The position numbers were made by a program, and so were the translations under genes. A stretch of 64,000 nucleotides of DNA. It comes from Anthoceros angustus. Its lineage: Eukaryota; Plantae; Anthocerotophyta. The notes under the pieces were generated by a model, which worked only from the letters and a program-made list of their open reading frames with translations, searched no databases and was not told the origin of the DNA. The stretch lies in the NCBI GenBank assembly GCA_010909165.1, contig VJWM01000144.1, forward strand, positions 372,001 to 436,000, given 5' to 3'. Below, in pieces: positions 1-12,860 of the stretch (the first letter of the stretch is position 1; every line of letters starts with the position of its first letter).

Positions 1-3000
1 CCCAAGAAGTTGAGGCTAAGCGTTGCCCCAGATAGGTATAGGTATAAGGGTGAACGAGATGTGGAGAAAATCAATTCGTGGTTTTCTCATTGGAAGGATA
101 CTCGCAGGATTCCGCAGAAGAGTATCTAGATCACATCGTTAACTTCTTAGAAGGGTACGCCTTACTTGGTGGAGAACTTATGTTCGAGTATTGAACAAGG
201 TAATAGAGTGGAAACTATTTCCACCGGCGTAATTCAAAGATGCACGCAACTTCAATTCCGACCAACTAATGCATCTATCTTGGCAAGAAGGATGCTAGAG
301 AATGTGAAGCACAGAATGTTGCGATGTGAGTGAATTTAGCATGTGTTACAATGCCCGATATGCGGGAGGTGGATAAGCTCCAGGTTTTATAGTGGACTCA
401 AAGGTGGGCTCTGGATAGAATTCGGATGACAAACCTCAAAATCTGCGAGAGGCTATTATGGCTGCAGATGCGATACGACACAAGTCGTGCCGAGGAAGCA
501 CCGGTGTCTTTCGGAGGAAGGTATCCAAGATCTTTTCAAGGAAGATCACGAGGTAGAGGAAGAGCCACCAACAGGGCATATTGGAACAAATGATAATGTT
601 GGGAGGCGAGGAAGAGGAAGAGGAGCCAATAGAGGTCGTGGCCGTGGAAGCCAAAGGACGACAGGCCCTCAATTCGGTGCGTGCTTCAGTTGTGGGGAGC
701 AAGGACACTTTGCGAAAGATTGTCCGCATGTTGGGAATTCCCAACTGAACGTGATAGCCACCAATCCTCAAGCTCCGAGACTTAGGATTCAGGAGCTTGC
801 TGCAGAGCCCAAATGACGCCAGTGGCCACATGTTGTGGTGACAGCATGTGGTGAGTCATCTAGTGTCAAGGATGACACTATTTTGAGGGAAGGTGGAGCC
901 CTTATGTACATATGTGGAAAGATGAATGGCTTAGAAGTAGAGTTATTGTTGGACTCGCCACCCACAATTTTATAACTCGCAAGGCGAAAGAGCTTGGGCT
1001 AGAATGGGCTAGTACTTCCGCCATATGGAATCAAGCAAGCTAAAGGAACTCGCTTTTCTTGGGTGAATTGCATGGAGTAAAGCTGCAAATAGAAGCGTGG
1101 GAAGGATACATGAGTTTCACGATTGTAGACATGGATGACCATGATGTTATCTTGGGTCTAGAGTGGATGAAATCCAATGAAGTGCGTGTAGATGTGAAGT
1201 CCCGCACCATTGAGATATTGAAGAATGGAAAGCACAAGGTGGTTTGTGCTAATCTTAGTCAAGCTTGAGATGTGCTCGACAGTTGATTTCAAAAGAGAGC
1301 TCAAGGACATAAGACAAGAAGGAGCTTTATCTAGTTATGCTCCGATTAGAGGATGGTCTTGAGGAAGAATCCTCAAGAGAAAGACATCCCAAGGAATTAC
1401 AGTCTTGGATGACTTTAAGGATTTGATGCGATGAATTGCCACCTTTACCGTCTCATAGAGTAGTAGATCATGAGATTGAATTGAGGCCGAGTACGCCTCG
1501 TCGAGAGCACCATATAGATTGTCGCAGGATGAGCTGGAACTCAAGCGACAACTATCCAACCTGGCAAAGGGATATATCAGTCTCTAAGTCTCCTTTTGGT
1601 GCGCGGTATTGTTTACGCAAGAAGAATGGAGGACTAAGGATGTGTTTAGATTACGAGCTCGAATCAAATTACGATGAAGAATGCATATCCTTTGCCAAGA
1701 ATGGATGATATGTTTGAGTTGAAGGGTGCCAAGTATTTCACCAAGCTAGATCGATGGCGGGTACTATCGGATCGAATCGCAGAGGGACATGAGTACAAAG
1801 ACTTGTAGGACCGTATGGGGCTTTTGAATTTCGGTCATGCCATTTGGACTTACTAATGCACTGCCACATTTCATACACTTATGAATACTATATTCATAGA
1901 TCCGTGGACAAGTGTGTTGTAATCTATCTGGATGACATTTTGATCTTTAGCCATACCTTGGAGGAACATCTGAACACTTAAGAGAAGTGTTACAAGCTAA
2001 GAGAGAATTCTTTGTTCTTGGCAATTAAGAAGTGTGACTTGTCAAGACAGAGGTAGCTTTCTTAGGCTTTATTGTCTCTTGATGGCATCGAATGGATCCG
2101 ATAAGGTGAGGGCCATTCAAGATTGGCAACCTCCTAGGAACATTCATGAGGTTCGCAGTTTTATGGGTTTGGCTTACGTATGCGGAGATTTGTACAGATG
2201 TTTGCTAAGATAGCAGCCCCATAACGACCTCTTAAAGATGACGAAAGCTTGGAAGTGGGATCTGAATGTCAAGCGACATTTTGAATACTTGAAGATGAAA
2301 TTGAGTACAACTCGGTTTTAGGAATGTATGATCCCAAGAAGGATGTGGAAGTGTCTGATGCCTCGGGCGTGGCCATAGGTGGAGTGTTGATGCAAGACCA
2401 TAAGCCGATAGCTTTTGAGTCAAGGAAATTGCATCCTTATGAGTTGAAGTATCCCACCTATGAGAAGGAAATGACATCATTCATTGTCTCAAGGTATGGA
2501 GACACTATCTCTTGGGCGATCTTTTGTGCTCTATATCGATAATATCGACAACATACTTCTCTAACCATTGAAGTTGAATGCAAGACAAGCTAGATGGCAA
2601 GATTTCCTAGCTATGTATGATGTGACTCTCAAGTATAAACCGGAAAAGAGAATAAGGTTGCGGATGCTGAGTCGCAAAAGAGTCGAAGTAAAGGCAATGG
2701 CAATGATGGTTGAACCTATGGACACTCACAAAAGATCAAGGAAGCATATCTGCAGGATCCGGATGTTCGTGGATGGATTAATGGAATAGAGCGAGAAGGA
2801 AGCAAGTTCAAATTGAGGGATGGTTTGTTGATATACAAACAGAGGAGGATTGTGATCCCAAATTCTTGAGTTGAAGAGCAAATTGCTTGAATGTCATGAT
2901 GTGCCAAGTGCAGTCACCGTGGAATTGACCCCACTTATGAGAAGCTAAGGAAGGCTTTCTTGGCCGAATGTATCAAGATACGTGGATTATGTCAAGGCAT

Positions 3001-4691
3001 GTTTGTCAAGAAGATAAGGTGGAGCAAGCTAAACCAAGAGGTTTGCTACTACCTATTCCAAGTGGACCTTGGAAGAGTATCTCTATGGATTTTATCATGC
3101 CTTTGCCACCCGAATGGTTGTACAGCTATCATGGTGGATAGATTCACCAAACAAGCACATTTCATCCCTACAAAGAAGCGAGTGATTGAGGTAGCCACTT
3201 GTTTAAGAAGTATATATACAAGTACCATGGCTTACCTATGCAGTTGTGAGTGACAGGATCCAAGGTTCACAGGAGAATTTTGGCAAGATTTGATGAAATG
3301 CTTGAATGTGGAATTATGTATGAGCACTTTCCATCCGGATCGATGGCTCAACCGAGCGAGTCAACCGAATCCAAGAAGAATACTTAAGGCATTATGTGCG
3401 ATTGATCGGAGGATTGGTGATCATCTAGGCGATGCAATTTTGTTATAACAACACCGCATACACTCTTGGATGTAGTCCTTTTGAGATGGGAGGAAATTCA
3501 GCACTGGACGTGGTATCCATGCTAAATGCTGAAGTTTTCGATATTATCACTAGAGATCCATGCCGATTCATTGAGCCGATGAAGGCTAGGCATGAGATTG
3601 CTAAAGGAATTTTAGCCAAGGCTCAAGCACGTCAGAAGAAATATGCTGATAGGTACAGAGAGAAACTGTCTTCAACGTTGGGGATAAAGTATGGGTGAAA
3701 TTGAAGCATTTCCCATTACCTCAAGGATTAACTTTTAAGTTAAGGCCAAGATATGGTGGTCCATTTGTAGTCTTGAAGCGCATTGGAGAAGTGGCTTACA
3801 AGTTACAGCTGCCTGAATGGATTTTTGCACACAATGTGTTTCACGTATCACTACTGAAACCATTTGTGCCAGGCAAAGAGAAAGAAGACATGGACAAGAA
3901 GAAGTGTTCTCGCAAAAGATAATCAAGGACGGAAATTGAGGAATTCCTTGCGAGAGTAGCGTGCCTACAAAGCGTGGAATCGTACCACGATATGGTAAAG
4001 TTGCGTGGGATCTCGGATCCGGTTTGGGTAACGTTAGAGGATATTCGAAAGGATCTGGATGATCTCTCGTCGTTGGCTATCACCGAGATGTGATTCTTTT
4101 CGATGGGGAGAAAGTAACAAGCCTTGCATGAGAAGCATGCACCGGATCTAGTTAGTAAGTTGTAAGTAGTGGTGGTAAGACTTAGCTTAGGGCTTAAGGA
4201 AGAAAGTCCGCTTAGCGCTTACTTTGGAAATGATGTAAGCCTCCTATATAAGGAGATGAGGCTAGCCCTAGAGATATATCTTGTGATCCTAGCATGGGGA
4301 GCTACACTCTTGAGGATAGGACTTTGGAGCCTAAAGGCCTTGGGAGCCTAGAGTGTGAGCATGTCTAGAAGGATCCTAGCACTTGGGAGCTACACTCTTG
4401 TGAGGATAGGACTTTGGAGCCTAAAGGCCTTGGGAGCCTAGAGTGTGAGCGTGCTAGAGGAGAGCTTGAGGAGGAGATCGAGGGGAGAGAGCTAAGCTCC
4501 TAGCTTAGGCAAAGATGGGGAGCTCTCTCGATCTCTCATGTATTCTTGTTGACTCTTCTTTGGAATAAATAGCTATGCGGATCGAGTCGTCCGTGGAAGG
4601 ACGTAAGGGCTACTTGGAGGCCTAGTGCCGTGTCTGTGATGTTTTATCGCTAATCGCGTGGATCGCCCCACCTCACGAAAGGGGTGTTACT
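1..4691 (+). mobile_element. Ty3/Gypsy LTR retrotransposon, chromovirus-like; 5' end outside the window; frameshifted gag-pol
   Basis: Gag Zn knuckle CFSCGEQGHFAKDC (~682-723); protease LLDS (~945); RT motifs LRMCLDY, MPFGLTNA, YLDD (~1925); RNase H DASGVAIGGVLMQ; integrase with RYGGPF; chromodomain-like EIEEFL..RY.VK.RG..PVW (~3930-4050); purine tract GGGGAGAAA before the LTR. Domain order RT-RH-INT indicates Gypsy. Confidence 0.95.
4113..4691 (+). repeat. 3' LTR of the Gypsy element (second copy at 7256-7825)
   Basis: Follows the purine tract; bounded by the inverted repeat AGTAACA...TGTTACT; contains TATATAA (~4246) and AATAAA (~4564). Confidence 0.75.
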
Positions 4692-4873
4692 AACCGCATT
4701 TTCGGTTAGTTTTAGTTAGTTTCTAAATAAAGGATCGTGATTGGCGAGGAGATTAGGGATTTAAGAAGCATAACCCCATAGCAACACAACAAGGGTGATG
4801 GGCACCTTATTGTGAAGTGGTTGCTTGAGCAACCACTCCTTCAACCAAAACGGCCTTTCTATCGCACACCAAG

Positions 4874-5267
4874 AGTAACATATGCGCCCAATGCAAGTTC
4901 GGATAATAAAACAAAACCTTACTCACAACCATGTGGGCGCCCAATGCAAGTTCGGATAATAAAACAAAACCTTACTCACAACCATGTGTGACAACACCGC
5001 CAATGCAAGTTCGGATAATAAAACAAAACCTTACTCACAACCATGTGTGACAATACCGGCCATAATAAAAACAAAACCTTACTCACAACCATGTGTGACA
5101 ATACTGGCCTCATGTCGGTCTTCAGGCTAGACTCTTTTCGGGACTACTTATTCAGAGATAGAATCTATCACTACTTTAAATTTTAGGGACTCTCAAGTCC
5201 TCGAAGCCGTTATTTTCTTCCATGGCCCTCTCCCGTTCCTCAGCACCATCTTATTTTTCCTCCGCAC
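4874..5267. repeat. Unclassified repeat with ~50-bp tandem units (duplicate at 8015-8417)
   Basis: Four partial units of CCCAATGCAAGTTC(G/A)GATAATAAAACAAAACCTTACTCACAACCATGTG. Confidence 0.7.
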
Positions 5268-5540
5268 TGTGATGAAGGGTACAGAGCCTAAGAATCTACA
5301 ACGTCTTGTGTTTCAATCTCATATCTGCACAATGTCAAGTGCTCCTTTCAACATTAGGCCAGGAGAGCTTGTCCAAGAAATGTGATGGTTCACATGGGAC
5401 ACGACTTTATATTTCTACATGCCTCAACCCAAGAAATGTGATGGTTCACATGGAACACGACTTTATATTTCTACATGCCTCAACCCAAGAAATACGATGG
5501 TTCACATGGAATACGACTTTATATTTCTACATGCCTCGAC
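5268..5540 (-). repeat. Truncated duplicate of the Copia 3' LTR
   Basis: Near-identical to 8418-8690; breaks off at ATGCCTCGAC and runs into Gypsy RNase H sequence. Confidence 0.9.
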
Positions 5541-8500
5541 GTGGCCATAGGTGGAGTGTTGATGCAAGACCATAAGCCGATAGCTTTTGAGTCAAGGAAA
5601 TTGCATCCTTATGAGTTGAAGTATCCCACCTATGAGAAGGAAATGACCGCCATTCATTGTCTCAAGGTATGGAGACACTATCTCTTGGGCGATCTTTTGT
5701 GCTCTATCGATAATATCGACAACATACTTCTCTAACCAGTTGAAGTTGAATGCAAGACAAGCTAGATGGCAAGATTTCCTAGCTATGATGTGACTCTCAA
5801 GTATAAACCGGAAAAGAGAATAAGGTTGCGGATGCTGAGTCGCAAAAGAGTCAGGAAGTAAAGGCAATGGCAATGATGGTTGAACCTATGGACACTCACA
5901 AACAGATCAAGGAAGCATATCTGCAGGATCCAGATGTTCGGACTGGATTAATGGAATAGAGAAGGAAGCAAGTTCAAATTGAGGATGGTTTGTTGATATA
6001 CAAGCAGGAGGATTGTGATCCCAAATTCTTGAGTTGAAGAGCAAATTGCTTGAATGTCATGATGTGCCAAGTGCAGTCACCGTGGAATTGACCCCACTTA
6101 TGAGAAGCTAAGGAAGGCTTTTCTTGGCCGAATGTATCAAGATACGGATTATGTCAAGGCATGTGCTGTTTGTCAAGATAAGGTGGAGCAAGCTAAACCA
6201 AGAGGTTTGCTACTACCTATTCAAGTGGACCTTGGAAGAGTATCTCTATGGATTTTATCATGCCTTTGCCACCCAAAGAATGGTTGTACATTATATTGGT
6301 GGATAGATTCACCAAACAAGCACATTTCATCCCTACAAAGAAGCGGTGGCGACAGGTAGCCACTTGTTTAAGAAGTATATATACAAGTACCATGGCTTAC
6401 CTATGCAGTTGTGAGTGACAGGATCCAAGGTTCACGGAGAATTTTGGCAAGATTTGATGAAATGCTTGAATGTGGAATTATGTATGAGCACTTTCCATCC
6501 GGATCTTGATGGCTCAACCGAGCGAGTCAACCGAATCCAAGAAGAATACTTAAGGCATTATGTGATTGATCGAGGGATTGATGATCATCTAGATAAATTT
6601 TGTTATAACAACACCGCATACACTCTTGGATGTAGTCCTTTTGAGATGGGGAGGAAATTCAGACGTGGTATCCATGCTAAATGCTGAAGTTTTCGATACT
6701 ACCACTAGAGATCCACGATTCATTGAGCTTGAAGGCTAGGCATGAGATTGCCAAAGGAATTTTAGCCAAGGCTCAAGCACGTCGGAAGAAATATGCCGAT
6801 AGAGAGAGAGAACTGTCTTCAACGTTGGGGATAAAGTATGGGTGAAATTGAAGCATTTCCCATTACCTCAAGGATTAACTCTTAAGTTAAGGCCAAGATA
6901 TGGTGGTCCATTTGTAGTCTTGAAGCGCATTGGAGAAGTGGCTTACAAGTTGTGCTGAATGGATTTTTGCACACAATGTGTTTCATGTATCACTCGAAAC
7001 CATTTGTGCTGTGCAAAGAGAAAGAAGACATGGACAAGAAGAAGTAGTGTTCTCGCAAAAGATAATCAAGGATGGGAAATTGAGGAATTCCTTGCGAGTA
7101 GCGTGCCTACAAAGCGTGGAATCGTACCACGATATGGTAAAGTTGCGTGGGATCTCGGATCCGGTTTGGGTAACGTTAGAGGATATTCGAAAGGATCTGG
7201 ATGATCTCTCGTCGTTGGCTATCACCGAGGATGTGATTCTTTTCGATGGGGAGAAAGTAACAGCCTTGCATGAGAAGCATGCACTGGATCTAGTTAGTAA
7301 GTTGTAAGTAGTGGTGGTAAGACTTAGCTTAGGGCTTAAGGAAGAAAGTCCGCTTTTAGCGATTACTTTGGAAATGATGTAAGCCTCCCTATATAAGGAG
7401 ATGAGGCTAGCCCTAGAGATATATCTTGCGATTCTAGCATGGGGAGCTACACTCTTGAGGATAGGACTTTGGAGCCTAAAGGCCTTGGGAGCCTAGAGTG
7501 TGAGCATGTCTAGAAGGATCCTAGCACTTGGGAGCTACACTCTTGTGAGGATAGGACTGCCTAGAGGCCTTGGGAGCCTAGAGTGAGCTGCAGAGGAGAG
7601 CTGAGGAGGAGATCGAGGGAGAGAGCTAAGCTCTAGCTTAGGCAAAGATGGGGAGCTCTCGATCTCTCATGTATTCTTGTTGACTCTTCTTTGGAATAAA
7701 TAGCAATGCAGTGCGATCATGAAGTCGTCCGTGGAAGGACGGGCTACTTGGAGGCCTAGTGTCAGGTGTCCGTGATGTTTTATCGCTAATCATGTGATCG
7801 CCCCACCTCAAAAAGGGGTGTTACTAAATCTGCATTTTCGGTTAGTTTTTAGTTAGTTTTCGGAAATAAAGGATCGTGATTGGCGAGGAGATTAGGGATT
7901 TAAGAAGCATAACCCTGCATAGCAACACAACAAGGGTGATGGGCACCTTATTGTGAAGTGGTTGCTTGAGCAACCACTCCTTCAACCAAAACGGCCTTTC
8001 TACTGCACACCAAGAGTAACATATGCCGGCGCCCAATGCAAGTTCAGATAATAAAAACAAAACCTTACTCACAACCATGTGGGCGCCCAATGCAAGTTCA
8101 GATAATAAAAACAAAACCTTACTCACAACCATGTGTGACAATACCGGCGCCCAATGCAAGTTCAGATAATAAAAACAAAACCTTACTCACAACCATGTGT
8201 GACAATACCGGCCATAATAAAAACAAAACCTTACTCACAACCATGTGTGACAATACTGGCCTCATGTCGGTCTTCAGGCTAGACTCTTTTCGGGACTACT
8301 TATTCAGAGATAGAATCTATCACTACTTTAAATTTTAGGGACTCTCAAGTCCTCAAGCCGTTATTTTCTTCCATGGCCTCTCCTGCCTCAAAGACCATCT
8401 TATTTTTCCTCCGTGACCGTGATGAAGGGTACAGAGCCTAAGAATCTACAACGTCTTGTGTTTCAATCTCATATCTGCACAATGTCAAGTGCTCCTTTCA

Positions 8501-8680
8501 ACATTAGGCCAGGAGAGCTTGTCCAAGAAATGTGATGGTTCACATGGGACACGACTTTATATTTCTACATGCCTCAACCCAAAAAATGCGACGGTTCACA
8601 TGGAACACGACTTTATATTTCTACATGCCTCAACCCAAGAAATACGATGGTTCACATGGAATACGACTTTATATTTCTAC
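5531..8680 (+). repeat. Tandem segmental duplication of 2358-5530 (Gypsy RH-INT-chromo-LTR, spacer, part of the Copia LTR)
   Basis: Colinear, near-identical sequence; junction microhomology ATGCCTCG at 2358, 5531 and 8681. Confidence 0.93.
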
Positions 8681-8728
8681 ATGCCTCGACAGTCTGCAGC
8701 TTATGCAAACACATTCACACTATTCACA
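8418..8728 (-). repeat. Copia 3' LTR with three copies of a ~52-bp unit
   Basis: Homologous to 17528-17727; adjacent to the PPT (minus strand GGAGCTTAAGGGGGTG). Confidence 0.88.
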
Positions 8729-9794
8729 CACCCCCTTAAGCTCCAACGTCGATGAAATGATGATGAGTGATCTATCCGACCCCGTGCTAAAGTGAAATGT
8801 GAACGTTTGATCTTTGCAAGCGTTTTTGTTAAGATGTCTGTGGCGCGACTTTCGTTGACGGCCAGCCAGGCGCGCACAATCCCGTGTCGTTGTAGTAAGG
8901 AGTCTGTTCCCAAGAGAATGATAGGCTCCGTTTGCCACGTTCCAATCGTTTCTCACATCACGCAGCGACCGTTTCGACTCAACACACATTCATCGCTTTA
9001 CGACTAACTACCCGTAACGTTCACCGTAATGCTTCCAAGGTGGCGTTAAAACATTTAAGGACCGTTCGCGTCAGTATCCTTCCAAGTTGTCACTGCTTTC
9101 TAGTCCGTTCCTCTCACCATTCCCACTACACTCGTCGTCCTTGGAGAAAACGCGGTGGCCGCGCGTCCGGACCTCCTCCGCCTCCTCCGCCTCCTCCGCC
9201 TCCTCCGCCTCCGGGTTCCTCGCTCACGCGTTCCGGTCCGTCTGACGCCGTCCGCCGGACGAGCAAGGGTCCAGTCGCCTTCCCCGCACACACCACCACA
9301 CGTTAGGGTCCGTCACTGACCTTGACTCCGGCCTGCCTCGGTGACTCAGGACTCACGCTAGCAAGAAGGCACACAAGAGCCTGCAAGAAAACGCGGCATC
9401 AACACCAAGAGAAAGATACTTTACTAGAGCAGCCTCAGCCCTCTTATACTACGCCCAAGGTCGGCGTCTTTATTACACCCCTATTCTGAGCTGATGGCCA
9501 GCTCAGTGCGCCCTAATCGGCCGCCTACTATTTCCCCTTATTCCGCCTATCTACGCCTGGGTGGTGGGGTTGCTCGATTCCGCCTTAGCGCGGCCCAAGC
9601 CTAGCCTCGACAACGCGGGCGCACTAATCGGATGATCCCGAGGCGGGCCCTACCTCCCGAACTCGCTGCCGAGCACGGCGGCCTCGACATCTGGCCACCA
9701 CCAAGTCCTCCTCCCATCCTCTCTTGTCTCTGGTGGGCCCTTGTACAATGGGCCTCTAAGAGATGGTCTCCTGGTGGTTAGTGGCTCTTCGCCT

Positions 9795-10040
9795 CGAGTC
9801 CGGACCTCGGGGTCCAATCTCGACTCGAGTCCGGACTGAGGGTCCGGTCTTCTCTCTGGGTCCGGACCTCCAGGTCCGGTCTTCTTCTGAGTCCGGACCT
9901 CGGGGTCCGGACCTCTAGGTCCGGACCTCTAGGTCCGGACCTCGGGGTCCGGACCTCGGGGTCCAATCTCGACTCGAGTCCGGACCTCGGGGTCCGGACC
10001 TCTAGGTCCGGTCTTCTTCTGAGTCCGGACAAAGTCCGAC
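9795..10040. repeat. Tandem array of ~14-bp GTCCGGACCTC(G/T)(G/A)G units
   Basis: Directly visible; palindromic GTCCGGAC core. Confidence 0.85.
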
Positions 10041-10079
10041 CGCGAGCACCGGGTTCGCCCCATTGGACTTACCAATGGC

Positions 10080-12860
10080 TCACCCAGTGAGCCCTCCGTG
10101 GTTTCTGTGTTTCCTGATGCGCCTTCTCGGCTTCCCTGTGGCCCTCCTCCCTTCCTTCCGTGGCCGAGGTGCAGTGCTTACCTCTGACGACCTTCCCTGC
10201 GTCCTGCTCCTCCTCCACGCCCTCGCCGTCACAAACAGCGCTCCTAAGGTCCTAGTGCGGTTGCCTCCGGGCCTTCCTCCTCGCTCCTCCTTCCGACCTG
10301 GCCCTGAAGTCCGCCCACCGCCGAGGGTGGCGAAGGCCTGTGGCCTTGAGGAGCTCCGTGGTAGTAGGCAAAGTCTAAATCGACTTGTTGAATTGCCTCC
10401 TCCACATGGGCCCGGAGCACCCTTGCTCCTCCTCCGAGATGCTCGGCGGTTGGGCGTGTTGTCCAGCCTTTGTCGATCGCTCACCGCCAGCTCGCCAACC
10501 AAGCCGGGCAGACTTTGATGCCGCCAAGGCGGCCTCACACCCCTTTCCTGCCTTCTCTTGTCTCCTCCTCCCTTCGCTGTAGCTCCACCGGTTCTTGGCC
10601 ATGGAGCTCGCTCTCGCCTCCCGCACGGACAAGCACTGCTCCTCCTCCAGCTCTCGCCTCCGCTCATCCTTACCCGGAGGTCCGCTACTTCCCTTTCCAG
10701 GCGGGCCGGTATCTCCGCCTGGCTCCTAGCTTCCTCCAGCTCCTTCTTCAGCCTAGCGATGTCCAACTCCTTGGATCGCCGCCTATTCTCCTTCGTCTTC
10801 AAGCGAAGCTGGAGACGTCTATCTCCTGCTCGAAGTCTTGGATTCTCCTGTTGAGAATCCCGTGTTGCTCCGACGCGCCTTGGAGTTGCCTGTGGTGTCC
10901 TTGCCGCCTTCCGCCTCCTCCGCCTCCTCCTGCCTCCTGCACTGCACTGAGGTCCCCTATTTCGGTGCTGGCCTCTATTTCTTCTTCACGGCTCGCCTGT
11001 GCTCACCGCCACTGCTCGGCCAGTTAGCTGCTACCCCGCCTGCCTCCTCCACCGGCCCGATCACGTCGGTAGTGATCCCGATCGACCTTAGCCGTGGCTT
11101 CCGCCTCCGCCGCCACCCGAGCCTCGCCGGCTTGGTTGGTCTAGCCGAGCCGCCTCGGCGGTCGCGGCGTTCTCCGCCTCGACCCTCCTCCGCCTCCTTG
11201 CGCTTCCTCCTCCGCTTGCAGAGGTCTTCACCGTGCTTGGGCCTCTCAAGACGCTTCACTGTTCGACACCGAAGGATCTTGGTCCGATCTTGGCCGGGCC
11301 CTGACCTCTCACTCCGCCTCCCGGCGTTTTCCCTCCTCGATTCGGGCGAGGGACTCCGCCTTCTGCTTCGCCTCCTGGGCCGCCTCTACCTGCCCTTGAA
11401 GTTCCACCATCCTCCGCCGGGTGGCCTCCACTTCTTGGGCCTTCTCCACTGTTCCGCAGAGACCCCAAAGCATACCGTCCATGACGGTGGCTAAAACCCG
11501 CCGCGTTTCTTCCACGGCCGCCGCTGGGGAGATGCCCAGGCAGTCCGCTGTGGGCGCGGGCATCTCTTGGTCCGTCAAGGATCGCCATACTACAGTCCGG
11601 AGCGAGTCCGGAGCGAGTCCGGAGCGAGTTCGGACTGGGCTCTCCGGACCTAATCAGGACCCTCAGGTCCTGAGTGCTGTGGTCCGGAGCCTCGCCTTCC
11701 TTAGCCCTCTTGGCCGCTAACTCCTTCTCCGCTCTTCTCCTCCCGGGCTCGGAGGTGGTGAAGGGTCCGGAGCCCTTTGCCTCTCCCGGTCGGGGGATGA
11801 GAGCTCGTGGGCTGCCCGTGGCCTCCGCTCCTTGGGCGTCCCTTTCCGCCTTCAGATTGCCTCCTCCGCCTCCTCCGCCTCCGGTGGGCAAGGCACGGCA
11901 CCGCCCCTGGTGCCGCGTTGGTTGGCGCTGCCTTCCGCCTCCTCCGCCTCCGGCGTTTTCCCTCCTCCGCCTCCGGCGTTTTCCCTCCTCCGCCTCCTCC
12001 GCCTCCTCCGCCTCCTCCGCCTCCTCCGCCTCCGGTGGGGGCACCAGGAGGAGAGAAGCGGGGATGTCCTCCCACACTTTCCTAGGTGGCGAGAGGGTCC
12101 GCTCCAGACGTATGGAGTCTGGAATCCCCTCCCAGTCGTCCTAGGGTCCTAGGGTCCTAGGGTCCGGTCCACCTCCTAGGGAACCCTAGGACCCTAGGAC
12201 ACGGATCAACGGTTCAACGGATCCGTGTCCCTAGGACACGGATCAACTGTCCACCTCCTAGGGAACCCTAGGACCCTAGGACACGGATCCGGTTCACAGA
12301 TCCGTTGAACCGGACCCTAGGGTCCTAGGGTCCGGTTCACCTCCTAGGGATCCTAGGGTCCTAGGAACCGGACCCTAGGAGGTGAACCGGATCCTAGGGT
12401 CCTAGGGTCGGACCTAGGACCCTAGGATCCTAGGGTCCTAGGGTCGGACCTCCAGCGGCCAACAAGGAGGTCCGATCCAAGAACCTGCGGTAGGACCCTA
12501 GGAGGTGGACCCTAGGACCCTAGGACGACTGGATCCTAGGGTCCTTGGATCGGACCTCCTTGTTGGCCGCCAACATCTTCCGGCATTTCCTGACTAGGGT
12601 GACGCTGTCGGTGGTCCGTCGGCCAAAAATGTCCAGTGCCATTCCTCCACCAGCCTCCTCCGCCTCCTCCGCCCACGTCAAGTCCGTAGCGCTTGGTGGC
12701 GATGTTGCGCTCCACCAAGCGCCATGGCTCTACACCTCCGCTTTCTTGGGTCCCATCCCCACACTCCTTCCGTCTACTGCTGAGACGTGGGGCTCCACAA
12801 TCTCGCTCCTACCATGGCCAGTTTCCTCGCCAAGTCGAACCGCGCGGAAGGGTGCCTGAG
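10080..12860 (-). pseudogene. Frameshifted gene for a low-complexity, long coiled-coil protein inside the 4.6-kb element
   Basis: Successive minus-strand fragments: WEDIPASLLLVPPPEAEEAEE; AEKELAAKRAKE; MLWGLCGTVEKAQEVEATRRRMVELQGQVEAAQEAKQKAE; ELDIARLKKELEEARSQAEIPARLEREVADLR. Boundaries approximate. Confidence 0.6.
12140..12545. repeat. Quasi-palindromic CCTAGG / GGACCCTAG microrepeat field
   Basis: Many CCTAGGGTC and GACCCTAGG units in alternating orientation. Confidence 0.85.

Noticed and set aside
4113-7825. Intact two-LTR element
   Set aside because: Both are copies of the same 3' LTR created by the tandem duplication.
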